This document shows, in pieces, positions 41,234 to 51,030 of a DNA stretch of 64,000 nucleotides. The notes beneath the pieces were generated by a model. That model was given only the letters and a program-made list of their open reading frames with translations, had not been told where the DNA came from and searched no databases. The DNA is from a virus. Its lineage: Duplodnaviria > Caudoviricetes. The translations under genes were made by a program, and so were the position numbers. The DNA is taken from IMG/VR virus record IMGVR_UViG_3300033074_001413, positions 1 through 64,000 of that record; one strand, given 5' to 3'. The stretch's first letter is position 1. Every line of letters begins with the position of its first letter.

Positions 41234-41283
41234 TAGATCGATTTTCCTTGAGGGTATATCTCGCGCACGACCCCGCAGAGCAA

Positions 41284-41363
41284 TAGAGACCTCCGACACC
41301 CGACAGAACACCCGACACCCGACAGAACACCCGACACCTGACAGAACAGTAGAGACCTCCGAC
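41284..41363 (+). repeat. Iteron-like tandem repeat
   Basis: Three 19-bp units CCGACACC(C/T)GACAGAACA(C/G) bracketed by two copies of TAGAGACCTCCGAC. Confidence 0.9.
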
Positions 41364-41494
41364 CAAGGGCCAAACTAGTTTGTTTACGATCCACAAGTTT
41401 GGGGGTTTTGGGGTGGGTTTCGGAAATACCCCCTATGGCCCACCGGGACCCTTCCGGGACCCTTACGTAAACCGACCCCGCCGTCTACTTCGCG

Positions 41495-41929
41495 TCACCC
41501 CGTGTACTTCACTGGGTCCATCATGTTCCCTGCATCCCATGCGATCACTTCATCTATCCCATCGAGTCTGTCTATCACGGCATGCAGAGTTGACAGTGCG
41601 GCATCTGCATCAACATCCCTCGACTCACTTTCATCCTTCTGCGCGGCATGTAGATGTTGCAATGCCTTGGCTAGTTCCTTATCCATCGTGGTTACCAAGG
41701 TCGGTTCATTGTCGTCCGGATCCTTGTAGATAAGCATTTCCCTTTGGTTCTTTGGTATTGTGCCTACCGCTTTCTCAACCCGGCTATGCAAATCCCATAA
41801 CATCTTGAGCATCTGTTCATAATGCGCCTGATTGTAAGTTCCCATTCGGGACGGGTGAAACATGATCTTATCATGCAGGGAGTAAAGTGGTTTGGTATCC
41901 GCTTCGATAAGATACTGTTTGAATGTCAT
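41495..41929 (-). CDS. Putative internal head protein
   Basis: Start reassigned to ATG 41929 (MTFKQYLIEA); CTTTATA-N5-ATG. Confidence 0.65.
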   Translation of the reverse strand: MTFKQYLIEADTKPLYSLHDKIMFHPSRMGTYNQAHYEQMLKMLWDLHSRVEKAVGTIPKNQREMLIYKDPDDNEPTLVTTMDKELAKALQHLHAAQKDESESRDVDADAALSTLHAVIDRLDGIDEVIAWDAGNMMDPVKYTG

Positions 41930-41954
41930 ACTTGTATAAAGCGACCTAACCCAC

Positions 41955-41984
41955 TTGACAGATTGGGGTCTCATGTGGTACAAT
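41955..41984 (+). promoter_or_regulatory. Sigma70-type promoter with extended -10, upstream of the large ncRNA
   Basis: TTGACA-18 nt-TACAAT, with TGTGG immediately before the -10. Confidence 0.8.
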
Positions 41985-41990
41985 GGGTTT

Positions 41991-42615
41991 GTTCGGATGG
42001 GGCTGGTAGGGCGAGCTTAAAGCCAAGGCCAGTCGCCATGAGACACCCGGTGAACGACGGTCGCGAAAGGCGTGCGGCACCGGGATTGATGGTCTAGTTT
42101 AATTTCTGGAAAAACGCAGTAGTGTGAACGTCGGGTTCGGCGTGCAAGGACTCGGCGGCTATTGCATCCTGGGTTCAAGACCAGGGACCATCAACGTGGG
42201 AGAGTGTAGGCCAGTTACCGATGGCTACGAGCCGCCGTATGGCTCTGCCCTGGCGCAATGGGTCGGGCGGTAGGCGGCATCGGGACAATCGACGGGTCGT
42301 ACTCAGCGCGGGCGCGGATTGCACATCTCGGCTACCCGCCACTTCGATACCGTCCACTCTCCAAACGCAACGCTGCGGCAGGGCGGTGACCCAAGGTCGC
42401 TCCGGTGAAAGTCCGGCGAATCAACGGCACTCGTCACGGTAGAACGTGCACTCCTGCCGCAGCAACACATAGCACAACGGCAGAACCATTACTCGACGGC
42501 ACCAGAGCATGGGAGGCTCGCAATGACTCCACCGGGCTAGAAAACCAACCCAAATTAGACAGAAAAATCGCGCCGGAAAGGACACCCCTGGAGATCAACC
42601 TCCGGGGGTGATCCG
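41991..42615 (+). ncRNA. Large structured ncRNA candidate (~620 nt) with an embedded tRNA-like domain
   Basis: No credible ORF; many G-U-containing helices, T-loop motifs and a kissing-loop complement; ends in an 11-bp hairpin (42583-42610). Confidence 0.7.
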
Positions 42616-42664
42616 TTTAGGATAATTCCAGGTTTACCCGAACCTGTGGTAAACTGGTTCATAT

Positions 42665-42976
42665 ATGGATATCGATTTCATAGCAGAAGACACCGACGCC
42701 GGGTCGGTTTCCATTACGGCAGTTTCATCCAAGGCCTACGAGAAGTATCCCATGGGCTTCCGGCTGCTGACCCCTCAACAAGCGCAAAAAGAAGCGTCCG
42801 ATCTACGCGGCAGCGGCTTTACCATCCTGGATCGGACGAGCGCAACGTTGGGCGCAACGTGCGCGACGGGACCCTACAAACAAGTCCTATGCCATCGTCC
42901 TACTCTGCTCATGGACGAACCGTTTGGGGAGATGCAACCCGAACCAGTCCGGAATATCTACATCGAGGTCAAATGA
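42665..42976 (+). CDS. Hypothetical protein
   Basis: TGTGGTAAACT box just upstream; followed by a coupled small ORF starting MNWKYWH. Confidence 0.55.
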   Translation: MDIDFIAEDTDAGSVSITAVSSKAYEKYPMGFRLLTPQQAQKEASDLRGSGFTILDRTSATLGATCATGPYKQVLCHRPTLLMDEPFGEMQPEPVRNIYIEVK

Positions 42977-43613
42977 ACTGGAAATACTGGCATTCTCATT
43001 TCGGGTGTACTCACCCACCGCTCTGCATTCGCTGCACGTGGTGCGGCTACCGGGCCAACCCGTTGAAGTACTACCCGATTGCCATCCTGCAGATACTCGC
43101 GTTCAAGTGCCTGGACCTCCTGGCCTGGATGGAGAAATGGGACCAGCGATTCGCCTCCAACCAGCGGTAGATCTACTTCGCCCGCTCGCCCGCGATAGAA
43201 GTTGGCGAACGCGTCAACCAAACTTCGCGCATCGAATGGTCGAGCAGATCTCTGCCGGGACAATACCAAATCTCTCCGCGCAACAGTGCATAATCAGCAT
43301 CATCCAGGCTGAGTACGGTTTGGAGAAGGCGCAGGAGATTCAAGCTCTGTTCGACACGCTAAACCATACTTGACACGGCAGGTTCACGTATGGTTTAATG
43401 GTTGTAATGCAACCCTTCCAATCAATCGCCGAACTCACGCGCTGGTTCGCCGCGCTGCCCGTGCAGAGTGAAATGAGCGTTCTGCTCGACTTCCGGGATA
43501 TCGGCATCGGTCTGCAGCGGCGGGAGATTCAGAACCGCAATGGCAACTGGGTGATCGGGTTCGGTTCACTGGGCGTGCTGATCTAGCGGCACGGTCAGGT
43601 CACGTTCAGTTGC

Positions 43614-43660
43614 CCCCTGCTAGAGGACAGAATAGAGTAGATCTGTCTCTCTAGCAGGGG
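43614..43660. terminator. Long hairpin at the convergence of plus- and minus-strand gene blocks
   Basis: CCCCTGCTAGAG-GACAGA...TCTGTC-T-CTCTAGCAGGGG. Confidence 0.6.
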
Positions 43661-43981
43661 CGCTCCCTTTATGATCTCTACGGAGTTTCTAAGGGGTTAT
43701 ATCAGCCTTCTACCGAACAAATCCTGTATTTCTACTCTTTGTAAACCGAACTCGTCTCCCCGCTCACAGACGCAGTTTACATCTCCTTTTCCGGTGTTGA
43801 CTCCATCGCTATCTTCAAAATCCCCGTCAAAGGATGAGCGGTATCCCCACGTACTTCCACTCGTGCCCCACCGAATAGCCGTCTAAACAGATCCTGGCTG
43901 TACGGATCGGCAGAGCAGATCGCCTTTGCATCCAACTCCGGGAAAGGTTTGCGCACCAGTGGCAGCAAAATGGGCGTATCT

Positions 43982-44764
43982 TTATCGTCTTTCACTCAGT
44001 ATCTGCTCGACTTCCGCCAATTTCACCGCCGCTTCCAACCCCTCCAGGTTCGTCCCCTCTACCTTGATATTCCTGTCTACCCACACCGTGTAGGTCCCTT
44101 GTTGGATGATAACGGAGGTGTTTGCCCTATCCCACTGCTCTGCGCTGCTGTTCTGGTTGATTTTGAACCCCGCCTGGATTAGTACATCGCGCCACTCCAT
44201 CGTTTCCTCGAAGTGGTCTAGGCCCTTGGTCACCACCTTGCCGTCCACCCAGATGGTATAGGTGAAGAAGTCCTTCGGCTTGGAGATGACCACGGCGACG
44301 TTGTCCTTCTCCCACTGCTCGTTCGGCCATGCACTCTTCTCATGCACGACATGGTAGCCCCTCGCGATGAGCACCTCACGCCAGTTTTTCAGCCCGCTAT
44401 CCTTCCAGTTTAATGTCTCGACCAAGGTGCCCAGGCGGTACTTCCACTCGACTTGAGCGGACTCCTTGCGCCACTTGTAGTCAAGCATCAGCGCCGTCCG
44501 ACAGTCATCCGGCGTGCGGTAAGATTCCTGACTTCCATCTGGGTAGGTAATGCATGCCCCATCCCCACTGCTGCACTCTATGAAATATCGGACGCGTGCC
44601 ACTGGTTCGACAATCACGCGTGCCGAATCGGGGTGGAAGGCTGGATCGGCTTCTAACACCCTAAGTGGGCGCGGACCTTCCGGGAATTCGAGAAACAGCT
44701 CGCCAATTTTGGGAATTCTATAGTCCCCGGTTGGCCTGACCTCAACGCCTTCCCACGTTAGCAT
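43982..44764 (-). CDS. Hypothetical protein with a C-terminal tandem duplication
   Basis: WREVLIARG..EQWEKDNVAVVI..YTIWVD is repeated as WRDVLIQAG..EQWDRANTSVII..YTVWVD. Confidence 0.7.
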   Translation of the reverse strand: MLTWEGVEVRPTGDYRIPKIGELFLEFPEGPRPLRVLEADPAFHPDSARVIVEPVARVRYFIECSSGDGACITYPDGSQESYRTPDDCRTALMLDYKWRKESAQVEWKYRLGTLVETLNWKDSGLKNWREVLIARGYHVVHEKSAWPNEQWEKDNVAVVISKPKDFFTYTIWVDGKVVTKGLDHFEETMEWRDVLIQAGFKINQNSSAEQWDRANTSVIIQQGTYTVWVDRNIKVEGTNLEGLEAAVKLAEVEQILSERR

Positions 44765-45386
44765 GCCAAGATCCTTTCATGCCGCGCAGAGCGCGTGCAA
44801 GCAGCGTCAAATTTCCGTCTAATTACCCAGGATCGATGTACGAGCGCGTTGAAGTCAGATCTGCGCCGTTCGATTGGGCGAAGCCATATTGAAAGCGTAA
44901 ACGTGAGTTGATTACTCCGGATTTTGCGGATCATTTTAAAGCATCCTAATCCTTAATCTTCGGTGCGGCCTTCTTGGGCTTACCCAGTGCCTCCGTCTTG
45001 ACCGCGCAGTTCACCTTCAGTGTGGGCAGGAAGAAATGCGTCTCGCCCGCTTCGACCTTGACGTCACCCGTCGACCACTCCATGATGTCCTTGAGACGGA
45101 TTGAGCGGCGTTTGGCGACGTAGCGCAGTTCATTCAGTACGGCGGTTTCAAGCGTGCGCATGCTCATTGGTTTTCTCCAGTTCCGCGATTCTCCCCTTCA
45201 GGGCGGCTATGCACCCGCGCAGCAGTCCACCTGTGACCGAATCACCATCGGAATGAAACGCGGTGTCCTTGTAGATCCGCCCAACCATCTGGCCGTTGAG
45301 CATGATCCTGCCCTCGCTGCCGTTGCATACCGTGCAGCCACAGCGTTCGACTTCACCCTCGATCTCCATCTGACAGTTCACGCAGA

Positions 45387-45851
45387 TCATGCCGATGCCT
45401 TTCCTGTCCCACGTAGGTATTGGGTCACCTTGAACGGGAATCGTTTGAATATTTCCGGGTATGCTTGGACTGCCATGGCCAGGAGTTCTTCGAAAGTGTA
45501 GTCACCCTGCGCCAGGAAGCAGCTATTGGATTTGAAGCGGGTGTCAACCGTGCGGTCCCAGAATGCCAGGGCTGTCCAGCCGTCCTTCTTGTGCAACAAA
45601 GCCCGACCCTGCGTCTCCTGCTGGTCGGGTGGACAGAGCGTCGAGTCGATGAGGTGCTTCCACGGCTGGACTTCAACTCGACGCGTCTGTCCATTCTCGT
45701 AGAGGTAGTGACCTATCCCGCGTAGACACCCGAAATAGAAGATCGACGGGGTGTTGAAGGCACCACGTTCAGCGTAGTGCTGCGCTACTTCAATGAATGG
45801 CTCCGGTACGCCAAGCCGACGTAGTTCTTCCGGGTCGCACACGCGTTTCAT
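45387..45851 (-). CDS. Hypothetical phage protein
   Basis: In a minus-strand operon; GWTALAFWDRTVD. Confidence 0.7.
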   Translation of the reverse strand: MKRVCDPEELRRLGVPEPFIEVAQHYAERGAFNTPSIFYFGCLRGIGHYLYENGQTRRVEVQPWKHLIDSTLCPPDQQETQGRALLHKKDGWTALAFWDRTVDTRFKSNSCFLAQGDYTFEELLAMAVQAYPEIFKRFPFKVTQYLRGTGKASA

Positions 45852-46435
45852 ATTAGTTCACCGCGTGGCTGACCTGACCGATGATTGAGACGCCAGAGAT
45901 GAGTTCACTCACTGACCCACCTCGCTTTCGGCTTGGGGTGGGCCAATTCGTACTCGGTGCGGAAGGCTATTGCGGTTTCCGGGTCGCAGTTGAGGATGGC
46001 GGAGTACCTGCCAGATCCCTCGTTCAACCCGGTGCCACCCTCGGCCAGACGTTGGCGAACCTGGGCGAGAGCATACATCAACTGTGTTTGATCTTCACCT
46101 TCGATGGTGATGGTAAACTTCAGCATAACCCAATTCTACCACAGAACTGGGTGAATTTGCAACTATCCTATTTGCCGAACCCGACCTTGAAACCCTTGTT
46201 GAACGCCTCGACAAACGGCTTATTGGTGGATGCGGCTAGCAGCGCGGCGGTGAGCAGCGGAGTGGTGTCTTCCAATTCGCTGGCTAGTTCACTACCCATT
46301 TCATGCTGCTCGATATATCCCAGGAATGTTTCCTTCTCATCGAGTGGAATGTCATATTCCTTGCACATCTTACCGAATAGTTGACCTTCCTTTTCGAAGA
46401 TCTGAAGAGCTTTTGTTTGATTCATGCTTGGCATC

Positions 46436-46906
46436 TTAATCCCTTTTGAGGTTGAGGAATGATAGGTCGACAACCTCGTGATCTAAAATCTGAACATCCG
46501 TAATTTGCAGATCTTCGGATGGGTATAAACTAACTGTTTCTTTGAACCGTCCTTGCTTCATCCAACCCTTGCCGGGTGCGGTACGGTGCAAGTAGGTGAG
46601 ATATCTATATCCTTCTTCGCGGGCTTGAGCGATTTCCCGTTTCAGCACTGTGTTGAACGTTCGTCCACGAACGGCCTGTTTGATAATCTCATCAATGTCT
46701 TTAATCTTTCCTGGTTTGGCCTTAACGGTAAGTATTCGTGGCTCTCCTGGTCTGCCGTACTGAACTCGCGTCCATGGCATTATTGCGTCTTTGTTAGAAG
46801 CCAAAAATATAACGTCGCCTTGGAATTTTGAGAACGCATGTTTAGCGCCGTGATAAAAGACCCACTGATCTTTAATTTCGGCCATCAACTGCTGATAAGT
46901 ACGCAC
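46436..46906 (-). CDS. Putative packaged ART-like protein, paralog of 17273..17722
   Basis: MRTYQQLMAE tag (GTG start); FYHG..F..F..IFLA; TAAATA-N5-GTG. Confidence 0.6.
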   Translation of the reverse strand: MRTYQQLMAEIKDQWVFYHGAKHAFSKFQGDVIFLASNKDAIMPWTRVQYGRPGEPRILTVKAKPGKIKDIDEIIKQAVRGRTFNTVLKREIAQAREEGYRYLTYLHRTAPGKGWMKQGRFKETVSLYPSEDLQITDVQILDHEVVDLSFLNLKRD

Positions 46907-47434
46907 ATCTTTATTTAGGGTGATGTTTCAAACAGGCCAGACAGTCCACTTCCGCCCAGTCAAATGTGGTGAGCAGTGGCGAGTCAGTGCACATCTTCCA
47001 GGCGCGACAGGCACGACCTGCTGGACACAGCGTCCTGAGTTGGTTGTGACCATTCCACCAACCCATGTGGCGCTTACGTGTAGTTGCGGCCTTCGTCGAC
47101 TTTGCATTGGCAGATGACACAATGATCCTCCCATGCGTGTCCACCAGCAATTAACCGGGTCTCCCAGTGTCTCCAGGAGTGAACCAGCACACACCACCAT
47201 CCAGGCTTCCGGCTAACAGAATGGAAGGTTGTAGCACACGTCTTCATATATGCCCTTCAATGAAATCGGCCTCTTGTGCCACAGCGCTTCGATGGTGGAA
47301 ACCAATGAAAAGTAAATCACCATCAGGATGACCAAAACACAAGTAAGATAAGTCCAGCCATGGCTAGGACTAATATCGTCAGCGCCGTCGCCAGTGCCAG
47401 ATTCCACGAGCACTGCATTAGAAAAATTACTTTA

Positions 47435-48580
47435 TCAATGTGCGACATTAACACGTTTCCACTTCCTACCGACGCGAATGGTGGATTTACCGACGAGTTT
47501 TGGTACACCGGATATGCGGCAATCGTCTATCTCAACCGCACCAGCCTTGATAAGACGTTGGGCTTCGGTATTTGACGACGCCATGCCAGCCGCGACCATT
47601 ACACGATCAAGACGGTCCTCCTGGACGGAGACCTCCTCAATGTCCGTTGGCTTTTCACCACGCGTGAATTGCTTCTCCCATTCTTCCTGTGCGATGTCCG
47701 CTGATTGACGGTCATGGAGCCATTCGACAATCCTCCATGCCAGTTCGAGCTTACATATCCTTCTATCCAGGTCTGGGCTAGCCGGATTGATGAATACCTC
47801 CGGGAACAGTGTCCCCCACCAACGAAACATCAGCGCGTCGGAAATGCTCATTACCTTGCTGAACATCTCGAACGGTGCTTCATTCAGCGCGATGTGGTTG
47901 CCAAGCGACTTGGACATCTTCTGGACGCCGTCAAGCCCCTCGAGCAACGGGACTGTGGCAATAACCTGAGGCTTGGCTTTGCGTAGGCGCATGTACTCAC
48001 GCCCGATCATCAGGTTGAATAGCTGGTCGGTGCCGCCAAGCTCGATGTCCACGCTCTCAATATGCGAGTCGTAGGCTTGCAGAAGTGGGTATACCAGTTC
48101 ATGCAGGTGGATTGGGGATTGGTCTGCGAACCGCTTCTTGAAATCGTCGCGTGCCATGATCTGCTGGAGCGTAAAGCTCGACAATAGACGAATCACGTCC
48201 GCGAAGGAAAACTTATCGAACCATTTGTTGTTCTCATGGACGCAGGTCTTGTCCTTATCCAGGATCTTGTAGACCTGATCCAGGTACGTAAGGGCATTCC
48301 GGCTGATGATGACCTCGTCTAAAGCGGGACGTAGGGAGTTGCGGCCAGTCGGATCACCGATTGCTGCAGTGGCAGTGCCGACGATCATCATCACGGTGTG
48401 ACCGTGGTCCTGGAACGTACGAAGGGTTTTGAGCAGGACGGCGTGGCCGAGATGGAGGTCTGGTGCAGTTGGATCGAACCCGGCTTTCACACGCAGTGGC
48501 TTTCCACTCGCGATCAACGCGTCGAATTCTTTCTCATCCACAACCTGTACGAATCTGTCACGCAGCTCCATGCCATTCAC
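47435..48580 (-). CDS. tyrS: Tyrosyl-tRNA synthetase
   Basis: KAGFDPTAPDLHLGH, IGDPTG, YPLLQAYD, ELGGTDQLFN, KMSKS, C-terminal S4 domain. Confidence 0.96.
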   Translation of the reverse strand: MNGMELRDRFVQVVDEKEFDALIASGKPLRVKAGFDPTAPDLHLGHAVLLKTLRTFQDHGHTVMMIVGTATAAIGDPTGRNSLRPALDEVIISRNALTYLDQVYKILDKDKTCVHENNKWFDKFSFADVIRLLSSFTLQQIMARDDFKKRFADQSPIHLHELVYPLLQAYDSHIESVDIELGGTDQLFNLMIGREYMRLRKAKPQVIATVPLLEGLDGVQKMSKSLGNHIALNEAPFEMFSKVMSISDALMFRWWGTLFPEVFINPASPDLDRRICKLELAWRIVEWLHDRQSADIAQEEWEKQFTRGEKPTDIEEVSVQEDRLDRVMVAAGMASSNTEAQRLIKAGAVEIDDCRISGVPKLVGKSTIRVGRKWKRVNVAH

Positions 48581-49589
48581 GGTCCCTTCTTAGGCGACGT
48601 GCTCTCTCTTCATCATCTTCTTCACGACGGGCGAACTCGGAGATGGGATGATATGGAATACCAGTCCCATATAGTTCCCGACATATCTCCCTTTCGATGT
48701 CTTCTGCGGTGCGATTGTACGGCATGGCTAATACCTTCTGTGCGGCACTGACTGTTCCTTGCGTTTCAGGAAGTACTTCTCGATGAACCTGATCTGATCG
48801 GGAGTGAACCCGGCGATGCCAGCTTCTCTGAGCCACTCTTCGCGTTCCAGTTTGTGCTTTTCACGAAATTCTTCAAGCACCTTATCTCTTCCGAGAGTCT
48901 TGCTTCTGACAGCCATTCATAATCTCCCAATACAAATCAATCTTGGTTTGCCATCTGTTGACGGTCTATCCGATAGATGGCTCTGGCGATGTGTCCACAC
49001 CAAATTCTGAAAGCTTTCCGCACCACGGACAGGTCCACTGATGCCTGTTTTCTGGAGCGTCTGCTATCGTCCACCACTTCCGGCAATGTGGGCAACGGAA
49101 GTGATATAAATGCTCCAGCGAGCGCAGTCCGCGTTGGTTCATATTGATACGTAGTCATGACCTACCACGGACCACAGCAGTAATCTTCATTAATTTAGCC
49201 AGCGCGTCGGCAGCTTCCTGATCCATACCTTCTTCAATATAGGCCTTGGCTAAATCGCGGTACGCCTCACGCAGACCACTAATGGCGGTGACCAGCGCTT
49301 CGCGGCACTTAACTATGCTAGTTGGCGGCGTTGGCACCCCGCGTTTCATTGTTCTTCCCCGATGAACTCTTGAACCCGTTCGTCGGACGGCACAACCCAA
49401 TTGGTAATTCGGCCAGTCTTGACGTCGATGTCGAGGGTGATGGAGCAACGTCGGGGCGTAGCCGCTACGCTGAAGCAGAATACTTCCGTCGTCACCAAAC
49501 AGAGTGGTAGAGCAGAGGTCACTGCACTTGGCATCAATCCTCAGGATCATACCATCATTCTACCACAAGGTGAATGAAACGGTCAAGAT

Positions 49590-49931
49590 TCAACGTTTGG
49601 CTACGAGCCAGTTGGTGTGGTTGCCTATCCGCTCAAACAACCCGGTGCTAAGGTAGTAGTTGACCAATTTATCTTGATTACCACGAGTGGAGTAGGCAAA
49701 TAATACGAGAGTGAGACCAAGCTTCTTTGACTCCGCTACGGCCTTGCGGAGGACCTCTAGGCCAGCGCCCTTCTCACCACCATTGGTGAGACGATCAAGG
49801 AAAGCGATGTCATCAATGTCGCATTCAAGATCATCGGCGAGTTCGTCGGCGTAGTCGTAGTAGAAATCGTTGTCAGCCCATTCCTCTGGCTCAAGAAGTT
49901 CCGCCGATGCTGCGCCTGATTTGATTTCCAT
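49590..49931 (-). CDS. GNAT-like acetyltransferase
   Basis: KGAGLEVLR...LVLFA...LVNYY..GLF; third gene of a late operon. Confidence 0.55.
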   Translation of the reverse strand: MEIKSGAASAELLEPEEWADNDFYYDYADELADDLECDIDDIAFLDRLTNGGEKGAGLEVLRKAVAESKKLGLTLVLFAYSTRGNQDKLVNYYLSTGLFERIGNHTNWLVAKR

Positions 49932-50326
49932 TATTCTTTCGGGAACCCGTAATTCAACTTAACCGGACGACCATGCATTTGGTCATCGACGAACTTTTTG
50001 AGGGTCTCCATACCAATGTCAAGATGTTCTTGATCTGCGGACTGTGACCACTGTCTGAAGTTAGGGATTCCATTATTGTCGCAATCTTCTTGTGCAGACC
50101 ACCAACTCCAGTTCTCTTCATCTCCATAATCCTCAATACCAATCACACCTGGGAACTTCGGATGTTTTGCCCAGTAATATGACTTCTTATGAGCGAGTTC
50201 GAAACCCTGACCGAGAAGCCATGTAATGGCTTCTTTACAGAACGCTCCTGTGTGTTGTGTCCATCTCGGACGGTTCTTTGTCCAGACAGAAGATGCTTCC
50301 TTGAGGAATTGATTAAATGGCTTCAT
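49931..50326 (-). CDS. Putative internal head protein
   Basis: Start reassigned to ATG 50326 (MKPFNQFLKEA). Confidence 0.65.
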   Translation of the reverse strand: MKPFNQFLKEASSVWTKNRPRWTQHTGAFCKEAITWLLGQGFELAHKKSYYWAKHPKFPGVIGIEDYGDEENWSWWSAQEDCDNNGIPNFRQWSQSADQEHLDIGMETLKKFVDDQMHGRPVKLNYGFPKE

Positions 50327-50327
50327 T

Positions 50328-50858
50328 TCAGTTTGCCTTGTAGAATTGAATACCGAATGCGTCTTCACCCAGTTCGTCGTACTCGTCGCTGATCTTGAAG
50401 CCCTTGGGAAGTTTGATCTCTATATCCTGCGGCTTGGCCAGAAGGAGTGCGACGGTCTTGGCTCCCTTATCCAGGAGATACTCCTTGAACTCTTCGCCGT
50501 ATGTCAGATCACAGCTATCAGAGAAGTCCGACTTACCCGGTTCCGGTAGCGCGGTGCCAAACGTGATAACGTCAATTGGGCCGAACATGAAGTCCTCTTC
50601 AAGCAGTCCATTACCACGCAGCATCTCGATGTACTCTTTGTCGTCATCACCACCAGCAAAGGTTCTCAAATACATCTCGTCTGCTTGCTTGCGGTCCTTG
50701 GCAAGAATGAGTGTTGCTCCACCACGGCTATCGTAGTGACCATAAAGCCACGCGCCGGAAATATGTGTGACTTCCCCCTCCAGCTTAGGAGTGGTGTTAG
50801 TACCTTCGCCGAGCAGTAGTTTACCCGCCTCGGTGATTAGTCCTTTGGTGATTGACAT
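50328..50858 (-). CDS. Putative internal head protein
   Basis: MSITKGLITEA; CTAAATA (TATTTA at 50878-50883) and GGAG RBS. Confidence 0.6.
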   Translation of the reverse strand: MSITKGLITEAGKLLLGEGTNTTPKLEGEVTHISGAWLYGHYDSRGGATLILAKDRKQADEMYLRTFAGGDDDKEYIEMLRGNGLLEEDFMFGPIDVITFGTALPEPGKSDFSDSCDLTYGEEFKEYLLDKGAKTVALLLAKPQDIEIKLPKGFKISDEYDELGEDAFGIQFYKAN

Positions 50859-51030
50859 TCGTCTGGCTCCTGACTAGTATTTAGGGGTTGGACGTCCGTA
50901 ACCTTGAGGGCTGGTAAAGCGTGGCGAAGCACCATACGAACGTCATCGGCGGTAGCATTTTCTGGACTCCGTATGTTGGCTGTAATCACCCAGACCTTAG
51001 GGAATTTGTCCATACAATCATTATATCACA

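Noticed and set aside
41284-41363. CRISPR array
   Set aside because: The repeats are directly tandem with no unique spacers, and no cas genes are present in the window.
41999-42533. tmRNA (starts GGGGCTG; CTCCACC near 42527)
   Set aside because: The 3' end lacks a T-arm, a complementary acceptor strand and CCA; the tRNA-like domain is internal instead.
44758-44934. Apparent intergenic gap as a possible ncRNA
   Set aside because: It holds a 58-codon minus-strand ORF (MIRKIRSNQ...) below the track cutoff, overlapping the start of the next gene.
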